DNA of 64,000 bases from Candidatus Binatia bacterium (GTDB taxonomy: Bacteria; Desulfobacterota; Binatia; Bin18). The notes beneath the pieces are model-generated. The model made no database searches. It was not told where the DNA came from and was given only the letters and a program-made list of their open reading frames with translations. Every line of letters begins with the position of its first letter. Position 1 is the stretch's first letter. This document shows positions 1 through 10,000 of the stretch, piece by piece. The translations under genes and the position numbers were made by a program. Where the stretch lies: positions 480,001-544,000 of the forward strand of contig CAXXHG010000043.1 in NCBI GenBank assembly GCA_963666315.2, in the 5' to 3' direction.

Positions 1-513
1 CCGGCCATCTTCTATCAAATCTGGCAGTTTATCGCGCCGGGGCTATATCCACGGGAACGCCGCTATCTGTGGCCGTTCGTGGTGTTCTGTTCGTTTTTCT
101 TTGTGCTGGGCGCCGGCTTTTGTTATGAGGTCGTGTTGCCGATTGCCTTTGCGTTTTTTTTAGAAGAGTTCCAGAGTATCGGCGTGAAGGCGACATTAAA
201 GATCAGTGAGTATCTGACGTTTACCGCCCGAACGCTGTTGGCCTTTGGGGTGACGTTCGAGATGCCGGTACTGGCCTTTTTCTTTGCCCGTGTCGGACTC
301 ATCACGCACCATACGCTCATAGGCACATTCCGCTACGCAGCAGTCGGCGTGTTTGTCCTGGCAGCCATCCTCACTCCCCCAGACGCCATCTCGCAAATGC
401 TCCTGGCCGGCCCGCTCTTGCTGCTGTACGTGCTGAGTATCGGGGTGGCGTATGTATTTGGGAAGAAGGAAGAGCCGAGTGAGGAGACGGACATAGAGCC
501 TACAGACGAGTAG
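1..513 (+). CDS. tatC: Twin-arginine translocase subunit TatC (5'-partial)
   Basis: Frame is open from base 1: YQIWQFIAPGLYPRERR, FGVTFEMPV, AAILTPPDAISQ are TatC motifs. Confidence 0.95.
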   Translation, partial: PAIFYQIWQFIAPGLYPRERRYLWPFVVFCSFFFVLGAGFCYEVVLPIAFAFFLEEFQSIGVKATLKISEYLTFTARTLLAFGVTFEMPVLAFFFARVGLITHHTLIGTFRYAAVGVFVLAAILTPPDAISQMLLAGPLLLLYVLSIGVAYVFGKKEEPSEETDIEPTDE

Positions 514-560
514 AAGTTCCTCCGATTCCTTTGTCGGCTCTAGTGAAGTCTATACGCGAT

Positions 561-1172
561 TTAGAGCGACGTAGCCCAGAGGCAACTCACCGCACCTAGG
601 ACAAAAAACGATAGTCGAGACTGATTCGCCCAGATCCAAAACAGAGTGCTCGCAGCCGCCGCGAAGATGCAAAGTCCGGTCGCGATAGATGGCAGAGACC
701 AGGAGATGATGATCGCTAAACCGGTACAACAGGCGACCATTACAAGCCCTGCGCCGCTGAGCGACTCACGCTCTTCATTCCACCATGCGAGTCCAGTGCG
801 CACGGCAGCACCGAGCGCAGTTGTCCCCAAGAGCAGCTGAAGGATTTCGGCTCCGTAGGGAAACCACTCGCGTCCGATATACGAAGCCAGGAGGAAACTC
901 GTGAGTGTGGCAAAGAGAATGTGAAGCTTATAATGGGTTGATAGACTTGCCAAACCCAGCCCAAACAGAACATTCAGAATTGTGAGAATCCCGCCAATCG
1001 AGAATCCGGTGAAGATGCAGAGCGCCGTAAGAGCCGTAAGATAAGAGACAAACCCAACAGCAGTGAGACCAAATGCCGGCTTCTCCCTGTCAGGGAAATG
1101 TCTAATAAGACCAAGAAGAGTAAACCCCCACGCCCACAGAATGATCAGAAAAGCAATAAAGACGCTAGGCAC
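561..1172 (-). CDS. Hypothetical multi-pass membrane protein
   Basis: 203-aa ORF made almost wholly of hydrophobic segments; no recognised motif. Confidence 0.6.
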   Translation of the reverse strand: MPSVFIAFLIILWAWGFTLLGLIRHFPDREKPAFGLTAVGFVSYLTALTALCIFTGFSIGGILTILNVLFGLGLASLSTHYKLHILFATLTSFLLASYIGREWFPYGAEILQLLLGTTALGAAVRTGLAWWNEERESLSGAGLVMVACCTGLAIIISWSLPSIATGLCIFAAAASTLFWIWANQSRLSFFVLGAVSCLWATSL

Positions 1173-1360
1173 GGATTAATCCATTTTATAGGAGAAGAAA
1201 AATAGCAAATAGTCTCAGTACGCACGGTAGATTCTAGAAGAGCCTCTTCGCCCCCTATCGAACTCGCCAGCTGTTGCGTGTGCGTGAGCTAATAGCTGAT
1301 TCGCTAATGGCCCATGTATTGTAACCCGCTGTTAGAGTTTTCCCAGCCGGGTATACTATA

Positions 1361-1684
1361 TTAGGTGTTCCGTAATCTCCGCTCACGCGTCCTCAGCGTA
1401 CTGCGACGTAACCGCCGCTCCCCGCGCATCACATGGAGGATATATACCCGCTTCCCGTCGGAGCGATAAAAGATGCGGCAGGGTGGCTCGACAATCTGCC
1501 GATAACGGGAACGAGGGAGTTCCCGAGGTCGAGACCCACTATCGGGAAAGTCCGCCAGATGTTCGACGTGTTGGATCACCCGTTGCACGAGTCGTCGGGC
1601 AGCCTTTGGATCGTCCAGCGCGATATAATCCGCAATCGTCTCTAAATCACTTAGCGCAGGTTCAGTCCAGATCAGTTCAGCCAT
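1361..1684 (-). CDS. Type II TA toxin, RelE/ParE family
   Basis: WTEPALSDLETIADYIA..FPDSG..CRIFYR..VYILHV; overlaps the antitoxin stop. Confidence 0.9.
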   Translation of the reverse strand: MAELIWTEPALSDLETIADYIALDDPKAARRLVQRVIQHVEHLADFPDSGSRPRELPRSRYRQIVEPPCRIFYRSDGKRVYILHVMRGERRLRRSTLRTRERRLRNT

Positions 1685-1929
1685 CGGGCCAGCCGTTTCT
1701 TGGCCTTGGCGTGGGAGAGGGTTCGTCCGTCCTCAACTGCCCGCTCCCCGCGTGCAATGCCTTCTAGTATGGAGAGCCGCTGCTGGAGGTGCTCAAACGT
1801 CTCCACATCGACCAGATAGGCGGCCGGCTTTCCATGCTGAGTAATCAACACGGCCTCGTGGTCCCGGTCCAGGGAGGAAATGATTTCGGTAGCTTTTCGT
1901 TTCAGTGTCGTGACGAGTTCTGTGCGCAT
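1672..1929 (-). CDS. Type II TA antitoxin, Phd/YefM family
   Basis: VTTLKRKATEII..VLITQHGKPAAYLV; directly upstream of toxin. Confidence 0.9.
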   Translation of the reverse strand: MRTELVTTLKRKATEIISSLDRDHEAVLITQHGKPAAYLVDVETFEHLQQRLSILEGIARGERAVEDGRTLSHAKAKKRLARWLN

Positions 1930-1985
1930 CTAGTGATACTAAAGTATCACTTATTAGGATGCAAGGAGAAGATGCCTGAGGGAGA

Positions 1986-2008
1986 CCCGTCCTGAGCCTA
2001 GTCGAAGG
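1986..2008. repeat. REP-like repeat family A (CCTGAGCnnGTCGAAG)
   Basis: cccgtcctgagcctagtcgaagg; related copies at 2886, 37714, 55237. Confidence 0.65.
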
Positions 2009-2121
2009 AGAGAAACAGGAGAGGACAGACTGTGGGTGAGGGGAAAGGACCTTGGTACAGCCACGGCAGTCGCTTTACGAACATCCATCACGCAGAAGAA
2101 GAGGGCTGGACGCCCTTGGCG

Positions 2122-2847
2122 TTACGTCTGTGCTGAGACAGCAACCAGGGCCAGAAGTTCGTCGAGACGGCTCACCGTAAAAGGGGCCGTTTTGCCTGGT
2201 TCTCCGGAAATTCGATCAATACGTACCGGCGTGAGTCCGGCGGCTTTAGCGCCAACAATATCCATGTCATAGCTGTCGCCGATATGCAGGGCTTGGTGCG
2301 GTGTAAGGTCGTGTACTGCAAGCGCCTGTTGGAAAATTTCGACCTCAGGTTTGGCTGTTCCTGCTTGGGTGGAAATCACGATGGGATCAAAGAAGTGCGC
2401 GATGCCGAGTCCGTCAAGCAGACCGAACAGACGCGAGTCAAAATTGGAAATTACCCCAAGACGAAATCTACGTCCTTGGAGTATTGTCAGCGTTTCAGTT
2501 GTCTCCGGATAGAGCTGCCAGGCGTCTGCCTGAGCAAAGAAGTCGTATAAAGTATCAAAATAGGCTGCGAAGCGTGGAAATGGACCGAGCGGGGCAAAGA
2601 CTTGGTGGACCAGGTCATACCACCATTGTTTTTCGAGCTGGGGAATGTGTTCCGCTGCTGCGTTGGGAAAGGCCATGGGGGGCGCGTGAGTAAAGCAGCG
2701 CCGAAAGCCGGCTTCGAGATCTTGAACCGTCACGTCCTTGCCGTGCTCACGTGCGAGGCGTGCATAGATTTCCCCAACTGAACCTTTGACATGGAAGAGC
2801 GTTCCCGCTGCGTCAAAGAAGATAGTGGTAATCTGGCTGAGAGACAT
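2122..2847 (-). CDS. HAD-IA family hydrolase (REG-2-like)
   Basis: FFDAAGTL, GVISNFD, KP, HIGDSYDMDIVGA motifs. Confidence 0.92.
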   Translation of the reverse strand: MSLSQITTIFFDAAGTLFHVKGSVGEIYARLAREHGKDVTVQDLEAGFRRCFTHAPPMAFPNAAAEHIPQLEKQWWYDLVHQVFAPLGPFPRFAAYFDTLYDFFAQADAWQLYPETTETLTILQGRRFRLGVISNFDSRLFGLLDGLGIAHFFDPIVISTQAGTAKPEVEIFQQALAVHDLTPHQALHIGDSYDMDIVGAKAAGLTPVRIDRISGEPGKTAPFTVSRLDELLALVAVSAQT

Positions 2848-2885
2848 AGGGGTCTGTGTCTACTAATCGCTGGCTTTACTCCATA

Positions 2886-2913
2886 CCCGTTGGTGCTGAG
2901 TGTGTCGAAGTAC
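2886..2913. repeat. REP-like repeat family A
   Basis: cccgttggtgctgagtgtgtcgaagta, intergenic. Confidence 0.55.
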
Positions 2914-2932
2914 GACCGCGTATACGCTGTGA

Positions 2933-4150
2933 CTATAGCTTGGGAATAACCGCATCCATTATTGCTAGCAGCGCTTCGAGATCCTCCCGGCTGGTGTAGT
3001 AATGAATCGAAACACGCAGTCCACCCACGCCTGAACAATAGCGCACGGTGGGATAAATTTTGTACTCCTGTAATGCGTGATCGAGCTGGTGAACGCGTTC
3101 GGCTTCGGGAAAAGGCTCGCACATGATAATGCCCGACCGCAGTTCGTGGGCGTCTTGAGTCCAAACCTTGATGTCTCGGCGCTTGAGTTCTTCGATCAGG
3201 AAATCGCCTAGCGACAAAATGTGTTCTGTGGCTGCTTTTGCATCCAGCCCGTTCACATAAGACACCGATTCCGCCAGCCCTGCCGTCCCCAGAAATTTGG
3301 GCATGCCGTGGATTTCAAAGCGTTGGGCATCCGACGCCAGCGGCAGCGACAGGAAAGGCGTCAGGCCCGGATCACCGAGATAGCGGACCCAGCCTTCCCT
3401 GGGCTCAGCTAAGGCGAATAAGCCGTGCGCCAAACCTGGCTCTACATGGTCTTGAATAGCTGCACGAATATACAACAGGCCGATGTTGAACGGCGCATTC
3501 AGCCATTTCTGTGCGCCTGCAGCCAGAAAGTCGACGCGCAGATTGGATACATCAAGGGGAATCGCCCCGAGCTGTTGAATGGCATCTACGACCAGGAAAC
3601 AGCCGCGCTCTTGGGCAAGCTGGGAAAACGTGGCCAAATCCATGCGCAGACCGTTGATCCACTGGACCGAACTGACCAGGATCGCGCGCGTATGCTGATC
3701 AATCAGCTCCACGTAGTCATCTATGTTGATGTTGCCTTGGCGGTGGTGGGCGACCCGGACCTCGACCTGCTGGTGTTTTTGCGGATGTGCCGCGCTAATG
3801 GCAACCTGGGGATATTCTAAATCGCACAGGACAATATTGTCGCCCGGCGCAAACGGAATTGCTGCCAGGGCAATATTCAGCCCCATTGTCGTATCATCCG
3901 TAAACGCGATTTCCGTGGGCTGGGCGTTGAGCAACCGGGCCGCTTCTTGTTTTGCCTGGACGCTGGATTTTCCCAAGGCTTGATAATACGTTTGATAGCC
4001 CATTCCCGACGGTCCTTGGCTGAGCAAAGTCGCGGCGTGCTGGACCGCCTCAGTCGCAGATCGGGGCGGCAAGCCGATTCCAGCCGAGTTGAGATAGACC
4101 TGATTCGTTGTGCCTGGGAAATCCGCCTGCACGGCGTTGATGTCAAACAT
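2933..4150 (-). CDS. PLP-dependent aminotransferase class V (cysteine desulfurase-like)
   Basis: VYLNSAG, LVVDAIQQLG, AAGAQKWLNAP (PLP lysine), LRVSIHYY. Confidence 0.9.
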   Translation of the reverse strand: MFDINAVQADFPGTTNQVYLNSAGIGLPPRSATEAVQHAATLLSQGPSGMGYQTYYQALGKSSVQAKQEAARLLNAQPTEIAFTDDTTMGLNIALAAIPFAPGDNIVLCDLEYPQVAISAAHPQKHQQVEVRVAHHRQGNINIDDYVELIDQHTRAILVSSVQWINGLRMDLATFSQLAQERGCFLVVDAIQQLGAIPLDVSNLRVDFLAAGAQKWLNAPFNIGLLYIRAAIQDHVEPGLAHGLFALAEPREGWVRYLGDPGLTPFLSLPLASDAQRFEIHGMPKFLGTAGLAESVSYVNGLDAKAATEHILSLGDFLIEELKRRDIKVWTQDAHELRSGIIMCEPFPEAERVHQLDHALQEYKIYPTVRYCSGVGGLRVSIHYYTSREDLEALLAIMDAVIPKL

Positions 4151-4307
4151 CTCCCCTCCCGATTTGTCCGATTCGTCGGATTTGGACGATTAGGATGAGG
4201 TCCCACCATGGGTTGGTGGAGAGGATTTGTCAAGGAATGGGGTAGGCAGCAGAAGGGGGAAAATAGAACGGGCAAACGGCTCCGCGAACAGCTTCGCGGA
4301 GGGCTTC

Positions 4308-4874
4308 TTAGTGATACACTGCTCGCTCTTCACTTGCTGATCCGATCTCATTGAGAAGGTGATCAACTGACGTACGGATTTGCCGCTCATTTTCCTGCAG
4401 ACGCTCGTCTAGGCGACCAGCCGAAGTACTCTCGCCATTCAGGGCACGAAAGTGTTCAAGCTGAATTTCGAGCCGCTCAGCAAGCAGCCGGTCCGTATCA
4501 GCCAGGGATGGGAGACGGGCCTGGCCCTTGTTCATCTCATCGGCAACGGTTAAGAGCCTATTGAGTAAGCCGGTGTGGTACTTCCCAATATCTGTCAGCA
4601 ATGCTGAATCTTGTCGAATCGGCTTCAGAAAGAATGCTTCGCCAAAAGTCTGAACGGCTCCTGCTAAATCGCCCTGTTCTAATAACTCGTCTCCGCGACG
4701 GCAGCGGAGACCGTGACGGCGAAAAGCAGAGCGTTCAAAAAGGCCCCCAAAGGAACCCTTGAACGCTGACAGGAATATTCTGACCAAGAAATAAATGAAG
4801 CCTATCCCAACGATCAGAAAGAACAGGCTGGACAGCAGCGTGATAAACGATACATCTGGCATAATACCCCTCAA
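4308..4874 (-). CDS. Hypothetical protein with N-terminal TM helix and helical/TPR-like body
   Basis: 188-aa ORF, one hydrophobic helix; followed by hairpin ctccgcgaa-cagc-ttcgcggag near 4280-4301. Confidence 0.7.
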   Translation of the reverse strand: MRGIMPDVSFITLLSSLFFLIVGIGFIYFLVRIFLSAFKGSFGGLFERSAFRRHGLRCRRGDELLEQGDLAGAVQTFGEAFFLKPIRQDSALLTDIGKYHTGLLNRLLTVADEMNKGQARLPSLADTDRLLAERLEIQLEHFRALNGESTSAGRLDERLQENERQIRTSVDHLLNEIGSASEERAVYH

Positions 4875-4913
4875 CGAGAGCAGACCGTCGACACAGACGA
4901 AAGCATAGCCCCT

Positions 4914-5974
4914 TTACTGAGACAAGGGCCTCTGCTCTTGGCTGCTCAGAGCGAGGTCTCGATTAAACGGAACTGTCGCCGCTTGTGTCGTTGCTTGGAC
5001 AATGGATGGTGGTGCGAGTGGACGGAAGAATCGAATTTCAACGCGCCGGTTTGCAGCGCGATGTTCATCGCTATCGTTTTCGTACAGCGGCCGGTAGTGG
5101 GCGTATCCTTTGTGCAGAAATGCGGGCTGGGTCAATGTCACTACGATCGAGCAGTGCACGAGCAACACGACTGGCCCCTGCCGTGGAGAGCTCCCAGTGT
5201 GGGGGAAAGGCTAGAGTGGCAATTGGACGATCATCTGTGTGTCCGGTGATTTCGACTAAGAGCTGCGGCTTCGTCTCTGCAAGCTGGACAATATATTCGA
5301 GAATGGGCATAACCCCGGAACCCAGGGTGGCTTCTCCTGAGGGAAACGTAATCATATCACTGAGCGAAATGACAAATTCGTGTTCGCTCGACACAACGCC
5401 CACCATGTGTTCGAATTCATGCTCATCCACATGCTGCTGGATCTGATCGGCCAGAACCTGCCAACTTTGATCTAGAGTAGGTGTGGCGACTTGCGGTGCT
5501 AGGGGGACAAGAATCGGGAGGGGTTGGAGTGGCTTTTGTGCTACGCTGGGTGTGTCTGCCGGATAGTCCGAAGACGGGGGTTGTTGGATAGATACGAACT
5601 CCGGCTGTGGAGCAAGGGAAGGCAGCTGAAGCCGTCCGCTCAGCTCGTTCAGCAAATTCAGCTTCTTTGGCAGGTATGTTGGATATGTTTTGTCCCGAAG
5701 AGTCTTGGGCCATACGCTTGGCTTGCGTGGCAGGCGTAGTCTGCTCAGCGAGCTCTAACTGTGCCAGAAGTTGCTGTTTCTCCGCCATATGCCGCAGGAC
5801 GAAGAAGCATAACAGCACTAAGACCAGATCCCCGAATGTCAGTGCCCACCCGTTTGTCTCGTCTTCGACAGGAACTGCTGTGCGTTGGGGGCGCAGGGCG
5901 GACAGGATATCCGAAAGAGACGGTGCCGACTCAGCAGGTCGTGCCTTAAAAGGCGGCGGCAAACGACGGGGCAT
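4914..5974 (-). pseudogene. motB: MotB/OmpA-family stator protein, split by two frameshifts
   Basis: WALTFGDLVLVLLCFF (MotB TM) in 5423-5974; ITGHTDDRPI..WELS in 5071-5655; GYAHYRP..RAANRRVEI in 4914-5168. Confidence 0.85.
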
Positions 5975-6765
5975 TATTTATTCTCGTGGGCGAGTGGGCC
6001 GGGGACCGGTTGCAGAGCAATCCCATCGTCTTCACGGGCTTCCGCAACCAGCAGGGTCGTGAGGTAGCGCTGAGTGATTTTCGGTGTTTCGTTACGGGCC
6101 AAGAGGGCCATACCTTCGAGAATGAGATGCATGGAGACTTCGCGATTTTTGATAAAGGATTGCACCTTGGTGGCGAGCGGCAGGACAAACGCCGTGGGCA
6201 GCACAACGCCGTACGGCGTTGTGCTGCCCACGGCAAAGGCTGGTGCGGCCGTTTGCGGATCGAAGGCATTTGCCTGATGGAGCAATAACACCAGGCCGAT
6301 GAGGGTCCCGGCCATGCCAAAAGCGGGTAAGAGCTTTCCCATTGTCAGGAGTACCTGGCGGGCGGTTTTATACTGGTTGCTAAACAGAAAGAATTCGTGT
6401 TCAACGTGAGCACGGACTTCCTCTTCGCGGCGCATGTCAACCAATAGGCTGACTCCGCGCCGGAGCAGGGGGTCACTGAGCTGGGCTTCATAGTTCTCCA
6501 AGGCGCGTAAGCCACCGTGTCGATTCAGGTCGGCCAGATGCGTGATCGCTGCAAGCTGTTGTTGGGGGGAGTGGAGTTCGGCTCCGAGGACTATGCGTAC
6601 TGCCGTCCACGAATCTTTTACTGTTTGCCAGGAGTACACAAAGCAGGTGCCGCCTATGGTGATAAGCAGAGACGGCAGGTTGAGAAAAGCGAGGATCGCT
6701 CGATAGCCCAGGAGCGTAGCTATGGCACCTGTGATTCCAAGGACAATCCAATATGGCTTTTTCAT
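5974..6765 (-). CDS. motA: MotA/TolQ/ExbB-family stator protein (TM4 altered by a palindrome)
   Basis: NLPSLLITIGGT, GGLRALE, PAFGMAGTLIGLV; abuts the motB start. Confidence 0.85.
   Translation of the reverse strand: MKKPYWIVLGITGAIATLLGYRAILAFLNLPSLLITIGGTCFVYSWQTVKDSWTAVRIVLGAELHSPQQQLAAITHLADLNRHGGLRALENYEAQLSDPLLRRGVSLLVDMRREEEVRAHVEHEFFLFSNQYKTARQVLLTMGKLLPAFGMAGTLIGLVLLLHQANAFDPQTAAPAFAVGSTTPYGVVLPTAFVLPLATKVQSFIKNREVSMHLILEGMALLARNETPKITQRYLTTLLVAEAREDDGIALQPVPGPLAHENK
6191..6234. repeat. Perfect 44-bp palindrome inside motA
   Basis: gccgtgggcagcacaacgccgt|acggcgttgtgctgcccacggc is its own reverse complement. Confidence 0.97.
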
Positions 6766-6998
6766 ACGGTCTCAAACCTAGACGTAAGAGTAGAGTCGAG
6801 AATATAGACTGCACAAACGGTGCCAGGAAAAGCTTGGAAAGAAAGCAAAAAATTGGGAAAAGGAAGTGGAGGAATATGCCTGAGGGAATATTTTGCCTAG
6901 CCCGAGGACTTTCTTTTGCCCTCACACCATTCCGTCGGCCTCGGTCCAGATATGCCAGATAGGATAGATCGAATAGACCTGAGGTGTTGGGATCGGAT

Positions 6999-7800
6999 TC
7001 AGTGCTGACGCTTTCCAGCTTGGACGACCTTCCAGATAGCCTCGCCCATATGCTGTTTGGCCTGTGGCGAGAGTTGCTGCGTTGTCATCTCGTACTCTGC
7101 CCAGCTCTGGAACTGCTGCTCGTTAAAAGTCTTAAGAGAAAGTCGGTGCAGACCATGGGATACTTGGTCTAGCTCAGACACAATGCGTCTGCTCAGCTCG
7201 GCTAATGCAGGTCGAGTCCTCGGGCCCAGTCCGGGATGTGCGCCGGCGGTGTCAGCGATTCCTGTTGGACCTGTTTTGCCAGATCGATCTGTATCCGAAA
7301 AAAGCTTTTGATTGCGGTGGCAGACAAACCCCTGAGCTGGGCTTGATCGGTCAGACGTTTGAGGAGGGCTTGTTCTCTCGTACGATCTTCAATAGGCAGG
7401 TCGTGCACCCGCTTATACGCTGCCACCGCAGGCATGAGCGACAAGCGCAGATCAAGGAGTGCAACAGGCTGGCGACGTGGCAATGTCAAATTTCCCGGCG
7501 CGCAAGTCTTGCAGCAGGTCCGGCCAGCGGAAGCGTACAAAGTGCAGTTCAACATCCAGATCCTGTGCCATGCGCCGGGCGAGATCGATATCAAATCCTT
7601 GGCACGACTCCGGGCCTTTAAGGCACGGGCTGAACGGCTAGTAGTCACCACTCGTGCCAACGCGCAGGACGCCGTTTGTCCGAATCTCCGCCATCTGCCG
7701 GGCCTCAGTATGCGCAGAAATTGTGAGCGTCAATACGATGCTGAAGACGAGGACAAAAAACACGGAGACGAGCGGGGAGTGCCACGCAGGGCAGCCGATC
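6999..7800 (-). pseudogene. Decayed secreted PheC-like (cyclohexadienyl dehydratase/SBP) plus AroQ-gamma chorismate mutase fusion
   Basis: Signal-like N-term then GVLRVGTSGDY*PFS..GFDIDLARRMA..RWPDLLQDL..KFDIA; another frame gives LLDLRLSLMPAVAAYK..PIEDRTRE..FFRIQIDLAKQVQ; in-frame TAG and deletions. Confidence 0.75.
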
Positions 7801-8314
7801 AGATGCCCTGCTCACTATACTCGCGTGCAAAACGGACACAATTGTTGGCCGAGCGGTGGAGCGATTCGATTTCTTGCGGTTTCAGTGAACGGATGACCTT
7901 GCCCGCATTGCCCAGCACGAGCGAACGTGCCGGAATCTTCGTTCGAGGGGTGACAACCGTGCCTGCGCCAATCAGGCATTCTGCACGGATTTCGACGCCG
8001 TCAAGCACAATGGCACCCATGCCTACCAGGGTGAAATCGCCAATCGTACACGCATGGACCACGACGTTGTGCGCGACAGACACGCCCTCGCCTAAGATGG
8101 TCGGGATCTCTCCGCTGAAAACGTGAATGGTAGAATTATCTTGGATATTCACTCGCGTGCAGATTCGGATATAACACCCGTCACCGCGCACTACAGCATT
8201 GAACCAAACGCTGGAGTCCGGGCCGATATGGACATCGCCAATGACATGGGCGCTGTTTTGAATATAGGCACTCGGGTCAATCTGAGGGGTCATACCGTGA
8301 TGGGGCAGAATCAT
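7799..8314 (-). CDS. Gamma carbonic anhydrase family protein (hexapeptide repeat)
   Basis: VIGDVHIG..SVWFNAVVRGD..NIQDNSTIH..HACTIGD..GMGAIVLDG; start moved to MILPHHG ATG at 8314. Confidence 0.9.
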   Translation of the reverse strand: MILPHHGMTPQIDPSAYIQNSAHVIGDVHIGPDSSVWFNAVVRGDGCYIRICTRVNIQDNSTIHVFSGEIPTILGEGVSVAHNVVVHACTIGDFTLVGMGAIVLDGVEIRAECLIGAGTVVTPRTKIPARSLVLGNAGKVIRSLKPQEIESLHRSANNCVRFAREYSEQGI

Positions 8315-8428
8315 AATACAATACAGTCCGTTCTGTTGCATCGTCATAAGGGCTGAGTGCAACTTTGGCAATTCCCTCTTGTTCCTCCAAATGGAAGGGT
8401 TTAAAGTCGAATGCAGAGGCCAAGAGCT

Positions 8429-9586
8429 ATGCGTACAATCATCCGGGCTGCCATCTTCGCTCGCATTTTTAGTATTGTTGGACTCGTTTTCCTTGGGCTC
8501 TCTCTTGCTTTTGCTCAAGAACGGGCACTTCAAACAGAGGGCTGGCAAGGGCCGAAGCCGACTATTCCAGAACAGGAGATGCGCATCCCAGCTCCGCAGC
8601 GGCCAGTCGTTCCGTCCGGTAAACAGGTGCTTGAGATCCCAGTTCAGCCCCAGCGGTCAGCCGTCCCGTCCCCTCGTCAGCAGGCGGGCATTCCCGCTCG
8701 CCCGCAGTCCTTATGGCCCCGCCCGAACCAGCTTGTGACGGTCACTGTGACCGATCAGAATGGTGGCTATATTCCAGGGCTGCAGTCTAGTGATTTTGTG
8801 TTGTATGAAGGTGATGTGCGCCAGGAGATTACCTATTTCAACACGGGGGAGAATGAGCCGGTCAGTCTGGGGTTGATTGTCGATTCAAGTGGCAGCATGC
8901 GCAACAAGATTGAGCATGCTCGGCATGCGCTGCGCCGCTTTGTTAGCTCTGTGAAGCACCAAGATGAGGTCTTTCTCGAAGAATTCAACGTCCAACCCCA
9001 TTTATTGCAGGACTTTACCGACAGTCGGGTGCTACTTTCTCAAGGCATCGGGATGCTTCGCCCGTGGGGTGGTACGTCGTTGTATGATGCGATTCTTGAC
9101 GGGCTGCGTCGGATCAAACGTGGTAAGCATCGAAAGAAAGCCTTAATTGTTATTACGGACGGCATGGATACGGCGAGTTTGTCTTCGTTGAAGCAAACCA
9201 TTAACGTGTCGCGCCGTTCCGGCGTGCTGATATATACCATTGGCATCGGCAACCCGCAGAGACGTCACGCCCGAGGTGGGGGCGGAATCCGTATCGGACC
9301 CTTAGGTATTGTCGTTGGTGGGAATGATGAGCGGGTTGATTCGAAAACACTCCATCGGATCAGCCAGGAAACGGGCGGGCGTCATTTTCTGCTGAATACC
9401 ATGGATGTGGTGGGCACTAGCGCCGTGCTTGATGCGGCGACACAGACGATTTTACGCGAGTTGCGCTTCCAGTACAGCATCGGCTATGCCTCTTCGAACG
9501 GTGGGAATCGGTACCGGAGTGTTCGGGTTGAAACCAATCGGGCCGATGTCGTCGTCCGAACGCAAAAGGGCTATGCCGTTGATTAG
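8429..9586 (+). CDS. Secreted VWA domain protein (VWFA-related, Acidobacteria-type)
   Basis: Signal peptide, Pro-rich linker, VTVTVTD, DSSGSM MIDAS, GTSLYDAI, ITDGMD, ETGG. Confidence 0.9.
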   Translation: MRTIIRAAIFARIFSIVGLVFLGLSLAFAQERALQTEGWQGPKPTIPEQEMRIPAPQRPVVPSGKQVLEIPVQPQRSAVPSPRQQAGIPARPQSLWPRPNQLVTVTVTDQNGGYIPGLQSSDFVLYEGDVRQEITYFNTGENEPVSLGLIVDSSGSMRNKIEHARHALRRFVSSVKHQDEVFLEEFNVQPHLLQDFTDSRVLLSQGIGMLRPWGGTSLYDAILDGLRRIKRGKHRKKALIVITDGMDTASLSSLKQTINVSRRSGVLIYTIGIGNPQRRHARGGGGIRIGPLGIVVGGNDERVDSKTLHRISQETGGRHFLLNTMDVVGTSAVLDAATQTILRELRFQYSIGYASSNGGNRYRSVRVETNRADVVVRTQKGYAVD

Positions 9587-9616
9587 GCTGGCTCCGCGTT
9601 AGATTCTCAGCGAGCC

Positions 9617-10000
9617 CTATTTCTTTTTTAAGAGGTCCTCGCGGACTTTTTCACGATCGAGCGGAGTCGTGGAAAGGGTATCAAACACACTGGCCAGGGC
9701 TTGGATGCAGCGCACAAAATCCGGCCAGACCGCTTGGGGGCTGCTGAACGTCAATTGCGTGGAATGGGCGCCTTCATGAGTGTGCGTAGACCCGCCTCGT
9801 TTCGTACTCTTTACATCAAACGGTCGTGCCGTGGTGGTGATGTTCAGATGGAAGATATCTGAGTCTTCCTCTCCAACCGGACGACGGAGTTCCATGGACA
9901 AGCCTCCATCGCCTCCGTCTACTTCGACAATATACCACTCGCCTGGGTACGCGCTGGAGACCTTAATCTGCGGAATTTTTTCAGTGGGATCAACTGCCAT
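9617..10000 (-). CDS. Hypothetical protein
   Basis: 127-aa ORF with upstream AGGTAGGA RBS. Confidence 0.6.
   Translation of the reverse strand: MAVDPTEKIPQIKVSSAYPGEWYIVEVDGGDGGLSMELRRPVGEEDSDIFHLNITTTARPFDVKSTKRGGSTHTHEGAHSTQLTFSSPQAVWPDFVRCIQALASVFDTLSTTPLDREKVREDLLKKK

Noticed and set aside
4270-4305. GGCAAA plus hairpin resembling a c-di-GMP-I riboswitch
   Set aside because: No GNRA/receptor or second conserved stem; better explained as the hairpin after gene 4308-4874
4914-6765. MotAB-like pair as Zorya defence (ZorAB)
   Set aside because: MotA lacks the long ZorA tail, and no helicase or nuclease partner is adjacent
8315-8548. Upstream extension of the gamma-CA ORF (likewise the extensions from 10537, 13427, 58935, 59544)
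   Set aside because: Family homology and/or RBSs start at downstream ATGs; the extensions overlap other genes or terminators, or have no support
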